Source of the DNA: Verrucomicrobiia bacterium
Lineage (GTDB): Bacteria > Verrucomicrobiota > Verrucomicrobiia > JADLBR01
Assembly: GCA_035387945.1 (NCBI GenBank)
Contig: DAOOOX010000003.1
Coordinates: forward strand, 203,126 to 267,125
Reading direction: 5' to 3'
DNA: 64,000 nucleotides
Within the stretch, counting starts at the first letter, position 1. The number at the start of each line of letters is the position of its first letter. Below the pieces are notes generated by a model. That model did not search any database. It was not told the DNA's origin and worked only from the letters and a program-made list of their open reading frames with translations. The position numbers and the translations under genes are program-made. Positions 1-9,869 of the stretch are shown piece by piece.

Positions 1-174
1 CCGCCCAGGAGCGGCAATGCGGGAGCGGGTGATGGCCCGTAGCACACATCCCCATCCTCTTAAACAAATTCATCAATAATTGTCACCAACGCAGATCAGT
101 ACTGCAAGATACTGCAGAGAAACGTATTACGACTGTCTCTCTCATTGGCCGCCCGTCATTTAACGATAAATTCG

Positions 175-201
175 TTGACAGGTGACAGAGGTCATTATAG
201 T
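175..201 (+). promoter_or_regulatory. Candidate sigma70-like promoter (TTGACA, 15-nt spacer, TATAGT) inside an AT-rich island upstream of the FHA-domain gene
   Basis: Read directly: ttgaca at 175-180 and tatagt at 196-201. Region 40-325 is far less GC-rich than the rest of the window. The spacer is short (15 nt), so this is weak. Confidence 0.3.
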
Positions 202-325
202 TTGTACCCGAATCGAACAAACAGGCAGTTAAGTTTCTTAACAGTTCATTCTTGGGCAATCATATGGGAACGAGGGGTTAAGCGAGCGGTAGTGCTGTCG
301 TATTTGGTGGGCCACGGGACCGGAG

Positions 326-1123
326 GTGATTATGATCGATATTCGGAGGGGTGATGGGGAATGGGTTTCTCTCTGCGACTATCTCACGGTGACGGATCAT
401 CTGCAGTTGCTGTCGGCGCACGGCGAGACGGGGGAGTTGGAGTTGTCGAATGGCAAATGCCTGGGGACCCTCTTTCTGGACCATGGGGAGGTGGTCGAGG
501 CGCTGTGCGCGCGGCAGCAGATCACTGGGACCGACGCTTCGCTGTGCCTGATGTGCATGAGGGATGCGAAGTGCCGATATCGGCGACGGGATCACGCGCG
601 TGCGAGGGTGATCGACGAACCGACACCGACTCTGCTGATGGATGCGGCGTGCTGGACCGACGAGGGCCGGAGGCTCTGCGGGGCGGACCGGATTGAGGAG
701 GAGACGAGGCGGACGGAGTGGATCCTGCTGATCGATTTCGGGCCGGAGGGCCTCATCGTGCCTCTGGAACGGCCCAGGATGCGGGTGGGTCGCGGCAGCG
801 AATGTGACGTGGTGATACTGATGCGATCGGTATCCCGGCAACATGCCGAGATCGAGATCTCCGGGGATCGGGTCGTCTTGCGGGATCTGGACTCAACGAA
901 TGGCACCCTGGTCAATGGCCAGCCCATCCAAGAGGCAACCATCACCCAGGATGACGAGGTGCAGTTCGGCGATGTCCGTGCGAAGTTCATCAGCAAGGCC
1001 GACGCGAAGCAGTATCGGAAGACGAAGCCCATGCGGGCCACGTCGGTCATCGGCTACGCAGACACGATGCACATCGGGGGAGATTACCCGACGATTCGCA
1101 AGGTGACGCGCGCCGCGGCTTGA
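326..1123 (+). CDS. DUF4388 (N-terminal) + FHA domain protein
   Basis: C-terminal FHA signature: RVGRGSECDVVIL...VSRQHAEIEISGDRVVLRDLDSTNGTLVNGQPI. The N-terminal approx. 90 aa resemble DUF4388. Paralogous architecture to 51103..51957. Confidence 0.7.
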   Translation: MIMIDIRRGDGEWVSLCDYLTVTDHLQLLSAHGETGELELSNGKCLGTLFLDHGEVVEALCARQQITGTDASLCLMCMRDAKCRYRRRDHARARVIDEPTPTLLMDAACWTDEGRRLCGADRIEEETRRTEWILLIDFGPEGLIVPLERPRMRVGRGSECDVVILMRSVSRQHAEIEISGDRVVLRDLDSTNGTLVNGQPIQEATITQDDEVQFGDVRAKFISKADAKQYRKTKPMRATSVIGYADTMHIGGDYPTIRKVTRAAA

Positions 1124-1330
1124 GTCGCCCGTCAATCAGGGGGCGAAACCCCTTTCGCGCGATGCGTGACGCGATTCGTGTCCATTCGCGTTCGTTCGTG
1201 GTTAATCCGCAGGGAAGCGGATGAACCGGGTGCATGACGCCAGAATTGACCTTGCCCCGCTGCGGTTTCCAAAGCCCCGTGGGGCAGACAATCCTGTTGC
1301 TGTGTTGAAACCATGTGGGGAATGCGGGGC

Positions 1331-1560
1331 CTCTAACCCGGATATTTCACAGCCTGCCGGCTGTGAAGTTCCGGGCTCTGGGAAAACCGCGCCATGAAAG
1401 CCATTTATTGGGAAAGGTCAGGCAAAGACTGGGTTCTTTCGCGGCTGCATAGCGTGTATCGCGGATCGATGGCCCCAGACCCTCCAAAATCGCGTTTTTC
1501 GGAGCGCGGTTTTCCTCTGAGCCTGCATATTTAACGCGGAAGCGTGAAATATGCAGGCTA
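1331..1560. repeat. MITE-like approx. 235-bp interspersed element, copy A (inverted copy at 20712..20945)
   Basis: About 90% identical to the reverse complement of 20712-20945. Carries two internal perfect palindromes: tttcacagcctgccggctgtgaaa near one end and cctgcatatttcacgcttccgcgtgaaatatgcagg-like near the other. Confidence 0.75.
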
Positions 1561-1746
1561 GTCCAGCAGCCCGGCCACCTGCTCGATCACCGTCGGCTTG
1601 GCTTCACCCTTGGATCTCTTGCCGACCGAGACCAGACGCGCGAAACGCCAAAAGGTTTCTACAAAGCAACAATCCTGTCTGCCGGCGCGCACACCCAAGC
1701 CAGATCCCATCCGGCGGCTGCCGGACCACCGGGGGCGACAATGAGA

Positions 1747-1797
1747 CGTAGGAGCGCGCTTGCGCGCGATTCGAATCGCCTGCAAGCAGGCTCCTAC
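1747..1797. repeat. R3 palindromic hairpin repeat (cgtaggagcgcgcttgcgcgcga...tcgcctgcaagcaggctcctac)
   Basis: A 50-bp imperfect inverted repeat. Near-identical copies at 30818..30869 and, in opposite orientation, at 42286..42337. Confidence 0.7.
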
Positions 1798-1908
1798 AAT
1801 TTGGTGCCTGATTTTTCGAGTCAGGCGTGTCGGTCGCAGATTGGGGCATTGACCCGGCGTTCGATTTCAGCGAAAATGCAATTTTGATCGGTCCCAACGA
1901 CCTATCCT

Positions 1909-4074
1909 ATGAACAGCGGGTCCCCCCAGCGTGCAAGAAGATGGGATCGCCCATGGCCGATCGCCGCCTGCTGCTTCATGGCGTGCGTGGGCGTTTGCCT
2001 GCCGACGGCTAGGGCGCGCGCCCAGGCCATTGGCACGCAGTACGTTTGGACGGGTGGGACAAGTACCGCTTGGACCAATGCCGCCAACTGGTCCGGCGGA
2101 ACCATGGCGCCGACCGGCGGCACTTACAACGCCCGGGTTCAGGTCCAGAGTGGCGCGAATAACCCCCTCATCTATTCCGCCGATCAGGGCCACACGATCT
2201 ACGAGGCCACCAACATTTCAGGCGCCACCCCCCGCGCGCTCCTGGTGGGAAACATGGCCCCCGGCGAGATGAGGATCACCGGCGGCACATTCGAGACGCG
2301 TGGATCTAGCCCCGACCTCATCTCCGGCAACAACAACGGCACGTCCACCCTCCTCATCGATGGCGGCAACTATATCAACACGAACCAGAACGCCCTCGGC
2401 AACGCCATCCGCACCCTGACACTGAACTATGGGCAGGCGGGAGTTGCCAGCACGGGCGTGCTCACGATCGCCAACGGCATGGCCGCGGTCAACACGCTGG
2501 AATATGGGAGCATCTTCAACGCCCTCGGCGCCGGCGTCGTCAACCTCAATGGCGGTACCCTCGCGGCCGGGACCATACGGCGCGTCGCGAACCTGACCAA
2601 CGCGATGACCACCGAGTTCAATTTCAACGGCGGCACCCTTCTGGCGCTCAGCAACAACGCGGCATTCTTGCAGGGCCTCACACGGGCCAACGTCAACACC
2701 AACGGCGCGATCATCGATTCCGCGAGCTACGGTGTCACCATCGGCCAGTCGCTTATCCACGATGCGAAACTCGGGGCCACGCCCGACGGCGGCCTCACGA
2801 AGCTCGGCGCCGGCACCCTGACGCTCACCAACGCGAACACCTTCGATGGCCAGACCACCGTTCGCGCCGGTGTGCTCCAGCTCCGCAACGACGCCGCCCT
2901 GGGCTCAACCGCCTCCGGCACCGTCGTGTCGAACAACGCCCGCGTCGAACTCGGGGGCAACATCACGGTCAGCGGCGAGACCATCGCGATCAACGGCCAG
3001 GGCGGCAACAACCAGGGTGCCCTCCAGTCGGTGAGTGGCAGCAACACGTGGGCCGGCCAAGTCCTCCTCGCCTCCGGCACCGGCTCTGGGACCCGCATCG
3101 GCGCGGCCAACGGCGGCGCGCTCCACGTCTCCGGCCAGATCACCAACGTCGGCAGCGCCTTCGATCTGGCGGTTCGGACCGACGGTATCTCGAGCCGCGT
3201 GATCCTATCCAACCCCAATAATGTCTATCGCGACACCTACGTCGTCGTGGGCACCCTCCAGCTCGATGGCGGCGACAACCGCCTCCCAACCTCGACCGTC
3301 CTCCACGTCGGCAATCCCTCCAATGTCTCGACGGCCATCGTGGATCTCGCCGGATTCAACCAGCGCGTCGCGGGCCTGGTCTCCGATGGCACCAACATGG
3401 GGATGGTGGTGACGAACACCGCGGCCGCCACGACCTCCCGCCTCACCATCGACAATTCCGTGACCCGGGGCTACGGCGGCGCCATCGGCGGGAATCTCGA
3501 TCTCGTCAAGACGGGTTCCGGCACGCAGGAACTCTTCGGTGCAAGCACGTACGCCGGCGCGACGATCATTTCCAACGGCACCCTCCGCATCAACGGCGTC
3601 CACGACGGTGGTGGGCAGTACACGGTCGTCGGGGGCGCCACGCTCGGCGGCACCGGCGTCGTGTCGGCCGCCCTCCAGTCGCTGGCCGGCGGCATCGTTG
3701 CCCCCGGCAATTCCATCGGCACGCTGACGTTCAACGGCGATGCTGAACTCGACGGCATCCTCCGAATCGAACTCGATGGGAGCGGCGCGGGGCTAAGCGA
3801 TGTGTTTAGCCTCACCGGCGCACTCGACATCACCCAGGCCACCGTCGACTTCGACACGCTTTCCGCGCTCGACGACGACGCCTACATCTTCGCCACCTAC
3901 GGTTCGCTCGTGGGCGCCCAATTCGCCGGCGTTCAGGATCTGCCCAACGGCTACGGGATCGTCTACGGCTACCTCGGAAACAACATCGCCCTTGTGATCC
4001 CCGAGCCGATCACCTACGCGGCGATGCTGCTCGGCTGCCTGGCCTGCCTCCTGCTCCGCCGCTCCCGCCGCTGA
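1909..4074 (+). CDS. PEP-CTERM sorting-domain protein with autotransporter-associated beta-strand repeats (passenger-like beta-helix, Gly/Asn/Thr-rich)
   Basis: N-terminal signal-like hydrophobic segment. Repetitive (L/I)xxGGxL...NxxG beta-helix repeats. C-terminal PEPITYAAMLLGCLACLLLRRSRR equals the PEP motif + TM helix + basic tail. Confidence 0.8.
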   Translation: MNSGSPQRARRWDRPWPIAACCFMACVGVCLPTARARAQAIGTQYVWTGGTSTAWTNAANWSGGTMAPTGGTYNARVQVQSGANNPLIYSADQGHTIYEATNISGATPRALLVGNMAPGEMRITGGTFETRGSSPDLISGNNNGTSTLLIDGGNYINTNQNALGNAIRTLTLNYGQAGVASTGVLTIANGMAAVNTLEYGSIFNALGAGVVNLNGGTLAAGTIRRVANLTNAMTTEFNFNGGTLLALSNNAAFLQGLTRANVNTNGAIIDSASYGVTIGQSLIHDAKLGATPDGGLTKLGAGTLTLTNANTFDGQTTVRAGVLQLRNDAALGSTASGTVVSNNARVELGGNITVSGETIAINGQGGNNQGALQSVSGSNTWAGQVLLASGTGSGTRIGAANGGALHVSGQITNVGSAFDLAVRTDGISSRVILSNPNNVYRDTYVVVGTLQLDGGDNRLPTSTVLHVGNPSNVSTAIVDLAGFNQRVAGLVSDGTNMGMVVTNTAAATTSRLTIDNSVTRGYGGAIGGNLDLVKTGSGTQELFGASTYAGATIISNGTLRINGVHDGGGQYTVVGGATLGGTGVVSAALQSLAGGIVAPGNSIGTLTFNGDAELDGILRIELDGSGAGLSDVFSLTGALDITQATVDFDTLSALDDDAYIFATYGSLVGAQFAGVQDLPNGYGIVYGYLGNNIALVIPEPITYAAMLLGCLACLLLRRSRR

Positions 4075-4177
4075 ACCGGCTCTCCGCGAGGCCCTGCGGC
4101 CGGAGTCTGTCTCAAGACTCCAAACGATCACCTCGTCGCTGGCGTCTGACAGAGACGCCGTGCATCATCTCCCGCCC

Positions 4178-4260
4178 GCATCAGCCGGGAGGGACGCCGG
4201 CCCCGGCGTCCGCGATTTACCGGCCGCGGGGCAGCTGGGCCAACGCGGCCCGCGGGGCGA
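4178..4260. repeat. R1 repeat unit (gcatcagccgggagggacgccggccccggcgtccgcgat...ggcccgcggggcga), hairpin 4192..4211 directly downstream of the PEP-CTERM gene
   Basis: Stem ggacgccgg/ccggcgtcc. Homologous units at 17200..17290, 50607..50636, 53663..53745, 53955..54036 and 63886..63963. Confidence 0.7.
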
Positions 4261-4440
4261 GGCTGTCTCAAAACTCAAATGCCCAACACGGAACATCCAA
4301 CTATCAATGCCCATCTGATGATAGAGGGGACGTCCAATGGCGTGCGGCGCGCGACAATGCACGGCATCTCGCAGAGATGCCCTACAAAAATTGTAGGCCG
4401 CCTGTGCCAGGCGGCGCGGTTCAGAGGTTTTGAGACAGCC
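4261..4440. repeat. R2 composite MITE-like element with terminal inverted repeats ggctgtctcaaaa...ttttgagacagcc
   Basis: Core approx. 95% identical to the reverse complement of 53749..53925. Contains the palindromic subunits cctacaaaaattgtagg, gccgcctgtgccaggcggc and cgtctcgcagagatg. Explains the conserved pseudo-ORFs 4279..4503 and 4165..4362. Confidence 0.75.
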
Positions 4441-4612
4441 TCAGGCCGCGGGCCCTCCCGGGGACGCCCCCACGGCGTGTCCAAGTCCGCCCGTTGGTTC
4501 TGAGGGTGAGCGCACCGAGACAGCCGATGGGCGAACACTCCATGCCCCACGGGAAAGTCGGGATTTGAGACAGACTCGCCGCGCGGGCCGAAATCGGGCA
4601 TAATCCCCTGCC

Positions 4613-5737
4613 ATGAAGGCACCATTTTTCTCTGCCGTCGCCCTGTTTGCATCGCTCACCCTGCCCGCGCTTGCGGCCGAATCCCGCTGGTCGGCCGAGA
4701 AAGCGAACGCGTGGTACGAGAAACAGCCGTGGCCGGTGGGTGCGAACTTTGTCCCCAGCACCGCCATCAACCAATTGGAGATGTGGCAATCGGATACATT
4801 CGACCCGGGGACCATCGACCGCGAGCTCGGCTGGGCCGCGGGCATCGGCATGAATACGATGCGCGTCTTCCTCCACGACATCCCATGGCAACAGGACGCG
4901 GAGGGTTTCTGCAGGCGCATCGATCGCTACCTCGAGATCGCCGACAAGCACGGCATCCGAACGCTGTTTGTCATCTTCGATGGCGTGTGGCATCCGGAGC
5001 CGAAGGTTGGCAAACAACCCGATCCCAGGCCCGGAGTCCACAACTCCGGCTGGGTGCAGAGTCCCGGCAAGGCGATCCTGTCCGATCCCGCGCGCCAAGA
5101 TGCGCTGAAGCCATACGTCCAGGGATTGCTCCGCCGCTACGGCGCCGATCGCCGCGTGCTGGCGTGGGACCTGTTCAATGAGCCCGACAATCCAAACTCG
5201 AACAGCCATGGCCGCAACGGCAGCAACATCGAGCTTGATCCAGAGGCCAAGGCCGAGCGCGCCACGGAATTGTTGGAGAAAACGTTCTGCTGGGCCCGCG
5301 AGGTCAACCCCTCCCAGCCACTCACGGCAGGCGTCTGGGTCGGAGACTACCTGAAGCATCCCTCGCCGATTGCCAAACTCATGCTGGAACAGTCCGACGT
5401 CATCAGCTTTCACGCTTACGACAAGCCGCCGCGTGCGCGCCAACTCACCGAGAGGCTCAAGGCCCTCGGCCGCCCCGTCTTTTGCACCGAGTACATGGCG
5501 CGCGGCAATGGCAGCACGTTCGAAACCATCCTGCCCATCTTCAAAGAACACCGCGTGGCCGCCTACAGCTGGGGTCTCGTCGATGGCAAGAGCCAGACCA
5601 CCTGCGCCTGGTCCACATGGCAGCAACCGGCGAAAGGCGAACCCGACCCCTGGTTCCACGATATCTTTCGCCGCGATGGCGCCCCCTATCGCGCCGATGA
5701 GACAGCCTTCATCCGGCAGATCACTGGCAGGCCATAG
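4613..5737 (+). CDS. Secreted glycoside hydrolase, clan GH-A (GH5-like TIM barrel)
   Basis: Signal peptide MKAPFFSAVALFASLTLPALA. Acid/base motif WDLFNEPD and nucleophile motif VFCTEYM typical of GH5-type (beta/alpha)8 hydrolases. Confidence 0.65.
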   Translation: MKAPFFSAVALFASLTLPALAAESRWSAEKANAWYEKQPWPVGANFVPSTAINQLEMWQSDTFDPGTIDRELGWAAGIGMNTMRVFLHDIPWQQDAEGFCRRIDRYLEIADKHGIRTLFVIFDGVWHPEPKVGKQPDPRPGVHNSGWVQSPGKAILSDPARQDALKPYVQGLLRRYGADRRVLAWDLFNEPDNPNSNSHGRNGSNIELDPEAKAERATELLEKTFCWAREVNPSQPLTAGVWVGDYLKHPSPIAKLMLEQSDVISFHAYDKPPRARQLTERLKALGRPVFCTEYMARGNGSTFETILPIFKEHRVAAYSWGLVDGKSQTTCAWSTWQQPAKGEPDPWFHDIFRRDGAPYRADETAFIRQITGRP

Positions 5738-5910
5738 CGATCCTACGGTCCCGCAGCATTACCTCCGGAGGGCGGTCGGCCCTGGCCGCAATCCGCTCCC
5801 GCAAGGCCGATCGCCGGTTTCACGGGCCGGGTTGCGGCTTGCGCAAGGCGCGATACGTAAATGCAATATCGTTTTAATAAATCTCGCGAAATACCCATTC
5901 CCCATGCCAT

Positions 5911-7398
5911 GTGCCGGTTGCCGCATGGTCGGGACGCGTTAGTTTTTCTCCGATGAAACCTGATCGTGAGCACGGGGCGCGCGCAACGGCCCGCGGAAGC
6001 GGGGAATTCCGCTCGCTGGGACGTTCGATCATCCGACCGGCGGCTGGCACATGGCAATCGGATCCATGGCACTTCAAGAGGCCGACGCGGCGAGAGTTTC
6101 TCTTCGTCGGCCTGCTGGGGGGACTCGGTCTGACGCTCGGGGATTTCTTCCGCCTGCAGGCGGCGGAGGCGGGAGCGCCATCGGCTGGGGGGGCGCCTGC
6201 CGGTGCAGCACCCGCGGCGGGTCCGACGCCGCCCGCGAAGTCCGTCATTCAGATCTTCTTGCCGGGCGGCATCGCGTCGCAGGAGTCGTTCGACCCGAAG
6301 CCATACGCGCCGATCGAATATCGCGGCCCGTTCAACTCAATCGCGACGAAGATCGACGGCGCGCGGTTCGGGGAATTCTTGAAAGAGACCGCGGGCGTGG
6401 CGGACAGGCTATGCGTGGTGCGGTCGATGACGCACGGCGAGGCGGCCCACGAGCGCGGGACGCACAACATGTTCACGGGCTATCGTCCCAGCCCGGCGAT
6501 CCAGTATCCGAGCATGGGGAGCATCGTGTCACACGAGCTCGGCGGTCGAGGTGCGCTGCCGCCGTATGTCTGCATCCCGAATCAGCCGAATCCGTATGCG
6601 GGATCCGGATTCCTTAGCACGGCCTTCGGACCCTTCGGCGTGGGCAGCGATCCCGCCAACAAGGATTTCACCGTGCGCGACCTGACGCTGCCCGAGGGCG
6701 TCTCGCCCGAGCACTTTGAGCGCCGCAAGGGCCTGCTGGCCGCCGTGGATAAGCACTTTCGTTCGATGGAGCAGGCCGACGCGCTCTCCGCGATGGACTC
6801 ATTCTATGATCGTGCATACACGCTCATCAGTTCGGAGGATGCGCGCAAGGCGTTTGACATCGGATCGGAGACCGACGCGGTCCGCGATCGCTACGGTCGC
6901 ACCGCGGCGGGCGCGCGCATGCTCTTGGCCCGGCGGCTCGTCGAGGCCGGCGTTCGCTTCGTTTCGCTGACCGCCGGCAGCTGGGACCACCACCAGAACA
7001 TTGCCGGCGGCATCCGCGAGAACCTGCCTCCTTTCGACAAGGCGCTGGCCGCCCTCATCCTCGATCTCGAAGGGCGGGGCCTCCTCGATTCAACCCTCGT
7101 GATGGTCACGAGCGAATTCGGCCGGACGCCGAAGATCAACAAGGATGGAGGACGCGACCATTGGCCGAGGGTGTTCAGCATCGTCATGGCGGGCGGCGGC
7201 ATCCGCAAGGGAATGGTCTACGGCGCTTCCGACTCGACCTCATCCGAACCGGAGACCGATCCCCTCTCGGTCGAGGATTTCGCCGCCACGATCTACAAGC
7301 AGATCGGGGTGCAGTCGGACAAGGCGCTGATGTCCGCGGGGAATCGCCCCGTGCCGATCGTCAAGGGCGGCAAGGCGATCGAAGCATTGCTGGCGTGA
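5911..7398 (+). CDS. DUF1501 family protein (sulfatase-like fold, Tat signal)
   Basis: RREFLFVGLLGGLGL Tat-like signal. Conserved DUF1501 blocks FLPGG...QESFDPKP, RSMTHGEAAHERG, TSEFGRTP...DHW. The true start may lie downstream of 5911, with no ATG close to the Tat motif. Confidence 0.85.
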   Translation: MPVAAWSGRVSFSPMKPDREHGARATARGSGEFRSLGRSIIRPAAGTWQSDPWHFKRPTRREFLFVGLLGGLGLTLGDFFRLQAAEAGAPSAGGAPAGAAPAAGPTPPAKSVIQIFLPGGIASQESFDPKPYAPIEYRGPFNSIATKIDGARFGEFLKETAGVADRLCVVRSMTHGEAAHERGTHNMFTGYRPSPAIQYPSMGSIVSHELGGRGALPPYVCIPNQPNPYAGSGFLSTAFGPFGVGSDPANKDFTVRDLTLPEGVSPEHFERRKGLLAAVDKHFRSMEQADALSAMDSFYDRAYTLISSEDARKAFDIGSETDAVRDRYGRTAAGARMLLARRLVEAGVRFVSLTAGSWDHHQNIAGGIRENLPPFDKALAALILDLEGRGLLDSTLVMVTSEFGRTPKINKDGGRDHWPRVFSIVMAGGGIRKGMVYGASDSTSSEPETDPLSVEDFAATIYKQIGVQSDKALMSAGNRPVPIVKGGKAIEALLA

Positions 7399-7421
7399 CG
7401 CGCCCGCGCCAGACTCCTCCA

Positions 7422-9866
7422 ATGGTTGCGCGAACCTCCAGATGGCCCATCGCCTGCCTGATCCTTGTGGTCGCCGCTGGCGCCGCCGCGGAGGCGGCGT
7501 CACCGGAACTCACCGGGATACGGCCGATGGGCGGACAGCGGGGCACGCGTTGCGCGGTGACCCTCACCGGCCTGCGTCTCAAGGACGCCCAAGAGATCGT
7601 GTTCTATCGGCCGGGCATCGTTGTGCCAAAGGTGGAGCCCGATGGCGACAAGGGCACCGCCCTCAAGGCCGAGTTCCAGATCGCGCCCGACTGCCCACTG
7701 GGCGAGCACGTCTTCCGGGTGCGCACGGCCACGGGGCTATCGGGTATCCGCACCTTCCAGGTCGGGTCCTTCCCCGATGTCGACGAGGTCGAGCCGAACA
7801 ATGAATTCGAGGCGCCCCAGGCTGTCGTGCCGAACGTCACCATCGCGGGCACGATCAAGAACGAGGACCTCGACCACTTTGTCGTCGAGGCGAAAAAGGG
7901 GCAGCGCATTTCCGCAGAGATCGAGGCCTTACGCCTGGGCGGCGCGCTGTTCGATCCCTACGTGGCCATCCTCGATTCCCGGCGCTTCGAATTGGCCGCG
8001 GCCGATGATACCCCGCTGCTCGCTCAGGACGGCGCGGTGTCGGTCGTCGCGCCAGAAGATGGAAAATATATCATTCGGGTCCGAGAGAGTTCCTATGGCG
8101 GAGGCGACAATTTCCACTATCGGCTGCACGTGGGGACCTTCAGTCGCCCCCTGGCGATATTTCCCGCTGGCGGCCGGGCGGGCCAAGAGATCCAAGTGCG
8201 TTTTCTGGGCGATCCGACCGGGACATTCAGTCAGGCGCTCAGGCTCCCTGCGATCCCGCAGCAGTTTGGCGTTTATGCGGAGAGGGATGGCCAGCCCGCA
8301 CCATCGCCGAACTGGTTGCGCGTTTCGCCCTTCGGCGGCGTCGTCGAGCATGAGCCCAACGATACCCATGGTCAGGCCACCCCGGCTCCCGGCGCCGCGC
8401 CCGTCGCCTTCGATGGCATCCTCGAAAAAGATGGCGACCAGGACTGGTTCACCTTTCGCGCGAAGAAAGACGAGCAACTCGACATCAATGTCTACGGCCG
8501 ACGCATCCGGACCCCGGTCGATTCGATCCTCACGATCCTGGGCCCGGATGGCAAACAGCTTGGTCGCAACGACGACACCGGCGGCCCGGACAGCTACTTG
8601 CGGTTCCGCGCGCCCGCGGATTGCGCCTACGGCATCGGTGTGACGGACCACCTCGGCCGTGGCGGCCCCACGTTTGTCTATCGCGTCGAAGTCACAGTCG
8701 CGAGGCCGAGCATTTCCCTGAACGTCCCGATCTTCAGAAAGGACACGCAGGATCGGCAGTCGGTGTCGGTGCCGCGCGGCAACCGGCAGGGCGTGCTCAT
8801 CGCGGCGGAGAAGGAGAATCTCGGCGGGGATGTCCTCGTGCAATTGACCAATCTGCCCGAGGGCGTCACCGCGCGCGTGCCGCCGATGCCAGCCTCGGCC
8901 AGCACCATTCCCGTGATCTTTGAGGCGGCCACCAATGCGCCGCTCGCCGCCCGCCTCGCGGAAGTTACCGCGAAGTCGGCCGATCCGGCACAGGATGTGC
9001 GCGGCAGGCTCGCCCAGCCCGTCGGCCTCATCTATGGCGACCCGAACCAGGCGCTCTACTACTCGGTTGAGGTCGATCGCTTGGCCGTCGCGGTCGCCGA
9101 GGAGGCGCCCTTCGCGATTGAAGTTCCGCAGCCCAAAGTCCCTCTCGTGCAGGGCGGGACGATGCCCCTGCGCGTGATCGCGAAACGCAAGGAAGGTTTC
9201 AAGGCCCCCATCCGCGCGCGCATGCTGTTTGATCCGCCCGGTGTCGGTTCCTCGACCGAGATCACCATCCCCGAGGGCCAGAACGAGGGCACCATCGTTC
9301 TGAACGCCGAGGCGCGCGCCGAGTCCCGCGCGTGGAAGGTCGCCGTCATCGCGGCCGCCGGATCGAACGGCGACCTCTGGGTCGCATCGCCGCACGTGGA
9401 TCTCGAGGTCGGCACGCCTTTCGTCGCGGGGGAACTCGTGATGACCGCGGTCCCACAGGGTGGCGCGGGTGACATGGTCTGCCGCATCGAGCAGCGCAGG
9501 CCCTTCGAGGGGAAGGCCAAGATCCGACTCCTCGGGCTGCCCAGCGGCGTCACCGCCGAAGAGCGTGAGTTCACCAAGGACGACAAAGAGATCGTTTTCC
9601 ATTTGACCGCCAACGAGAAGAGCCCGAAGGGCCAGCACAAGACGCTGTTCTGCGGCGTTGACGTGCCGATGAATGGCGATGTGGTGCTCCACAGCATCGC
9701 GCCGCAGGGCGCGCTGCGCATCGACCCGGCCCCGGCAAAAGCGGGGGCCAAACCGCAGCCGCAGGCCGCCGCCAAATCGGCCACCGAGCGCCCCCTCTCT
9801 CGGCTCGAGCAGCTCCGCAGGCAGCGGGCGCAGCCCGCGACGGGCGATGCGCCCAAAGGAGGATGA
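7422..9866 (+). CDS. Large secreted protein with tandem pre-peptidase C-terminal (PPC)-like domains; no catalytic domain recognised
   Basis: Start chosen at the in-frame ATG 7422 just after the upstream stop. Signal peptide MVARTSRWPIACLILVVAAGAAAEA. Two EPNN/EPND...DxDWF PPC-type modules. The ORF-track start at 7161 overlaps the upstream gene and is rejected. Confidence 0.65.
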   Translation: MVARTSRWPIACLILVVAAGAAAEAASPELTGIRPMGGQRGTRCAVTLTGLRLKDAQEIVFYRPGIVVPKVEPDGDKGTALKAEFQIAPDCPLGEHVFRVRTATGLSGIRTFQVGSFPDVDEVEPNNEFEAPQAVVPNVTIAGTIKNEDLDHFVVEAKKGQRISAEIEALRLGGALFDPYVAILDSRRFELAAADDTPLLAQDGAVSVVAPEDGKYIIRVRESSYGGGDNFHYRLHVGTFSRPLAIFPAGGRAGQEIQVRFLGDPTGTFSQALRLPAIPQQFGVYAERDGQPAPSPNWLRVSPFGGVVEHEPNDTHGQATPAPGAAPVAFDGILEKDGDQDWFTFRAKKDEQLDINVYGRRIRTPVDSILTILGPDGKQLGRNDDTGGPDSYLRFRAPADCAYGIGVTDHLGRGGPTFVYRVEVTVARPSISLNVPIFRKDTQDRQSVSVPRGNRQGVLIAAEKENLGGDVLVQLTNLPEGVTARVPPMPASASTIPVIFEAATNAPLAARLAEVTAKSADPAQDVRGRLAQPVGLIYGDPNQALYYSVEVDRLAVAVAEEAPFAIEVPQPKVPLVQGGTMPLRVIAKRKEGFKAPIRARMLFDPPGVGSSTEITIPEGQNEGTIVLNAEARAESRAWKVAVIAAAGSNGDLWVASPHVDLEVGTPFVAGELVMTAVPQGGAGDMVCRIEQRRPFEGKAKIRLLGLPSGVTAEEREFTKDDKEIVFHLTANEKSPKGQHKTLFCGVDVPMNGDVVLHSIAPQGALRIDPAPAKAGAKPQPQAAAKSATERPLSRLEQLRRQRAQPATGDAPKGG

Positions 9867-9869
9867 CCG

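Noticed and set aside
145-354. 69-aa TTG-initiated ORF in the AT-rich segment upstream of the first FHA gene
   Set aside because: It is the only track ORF in that segment, TTG-initiated with low-complexity composition and no recognisable motif. More likely a promoter/UTR region.
4279-4503. Small ORFs conserved between loci, e.g. 4279..4503 vs 53653..53997 (HPTINAHLMIEGTSNGVRRAT), 1558..1785, 30776..31012 and 42226..43413 (ARKRAPTSH), 41929..42156 and 60032..60340 (ILGRGTSRAREQRP)
   Set aside because: The conservation is explained by the underlying DNA repeats (R2, R3, R4), which are present in both orientations. They are palindromic, with no RBS and no codon-usage signal, so they are treated as non-coding repeats.
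7161-7421. 5' extension of the PPC-domain ORF (track start 7161)
   Set aside because: It overlaps the 3' end of the DUF1501 gene in another frame and encodes Arg/Gly-rich junk. An in-frame ATG at 7422 followed by a clean signal peptide is the plausible start.
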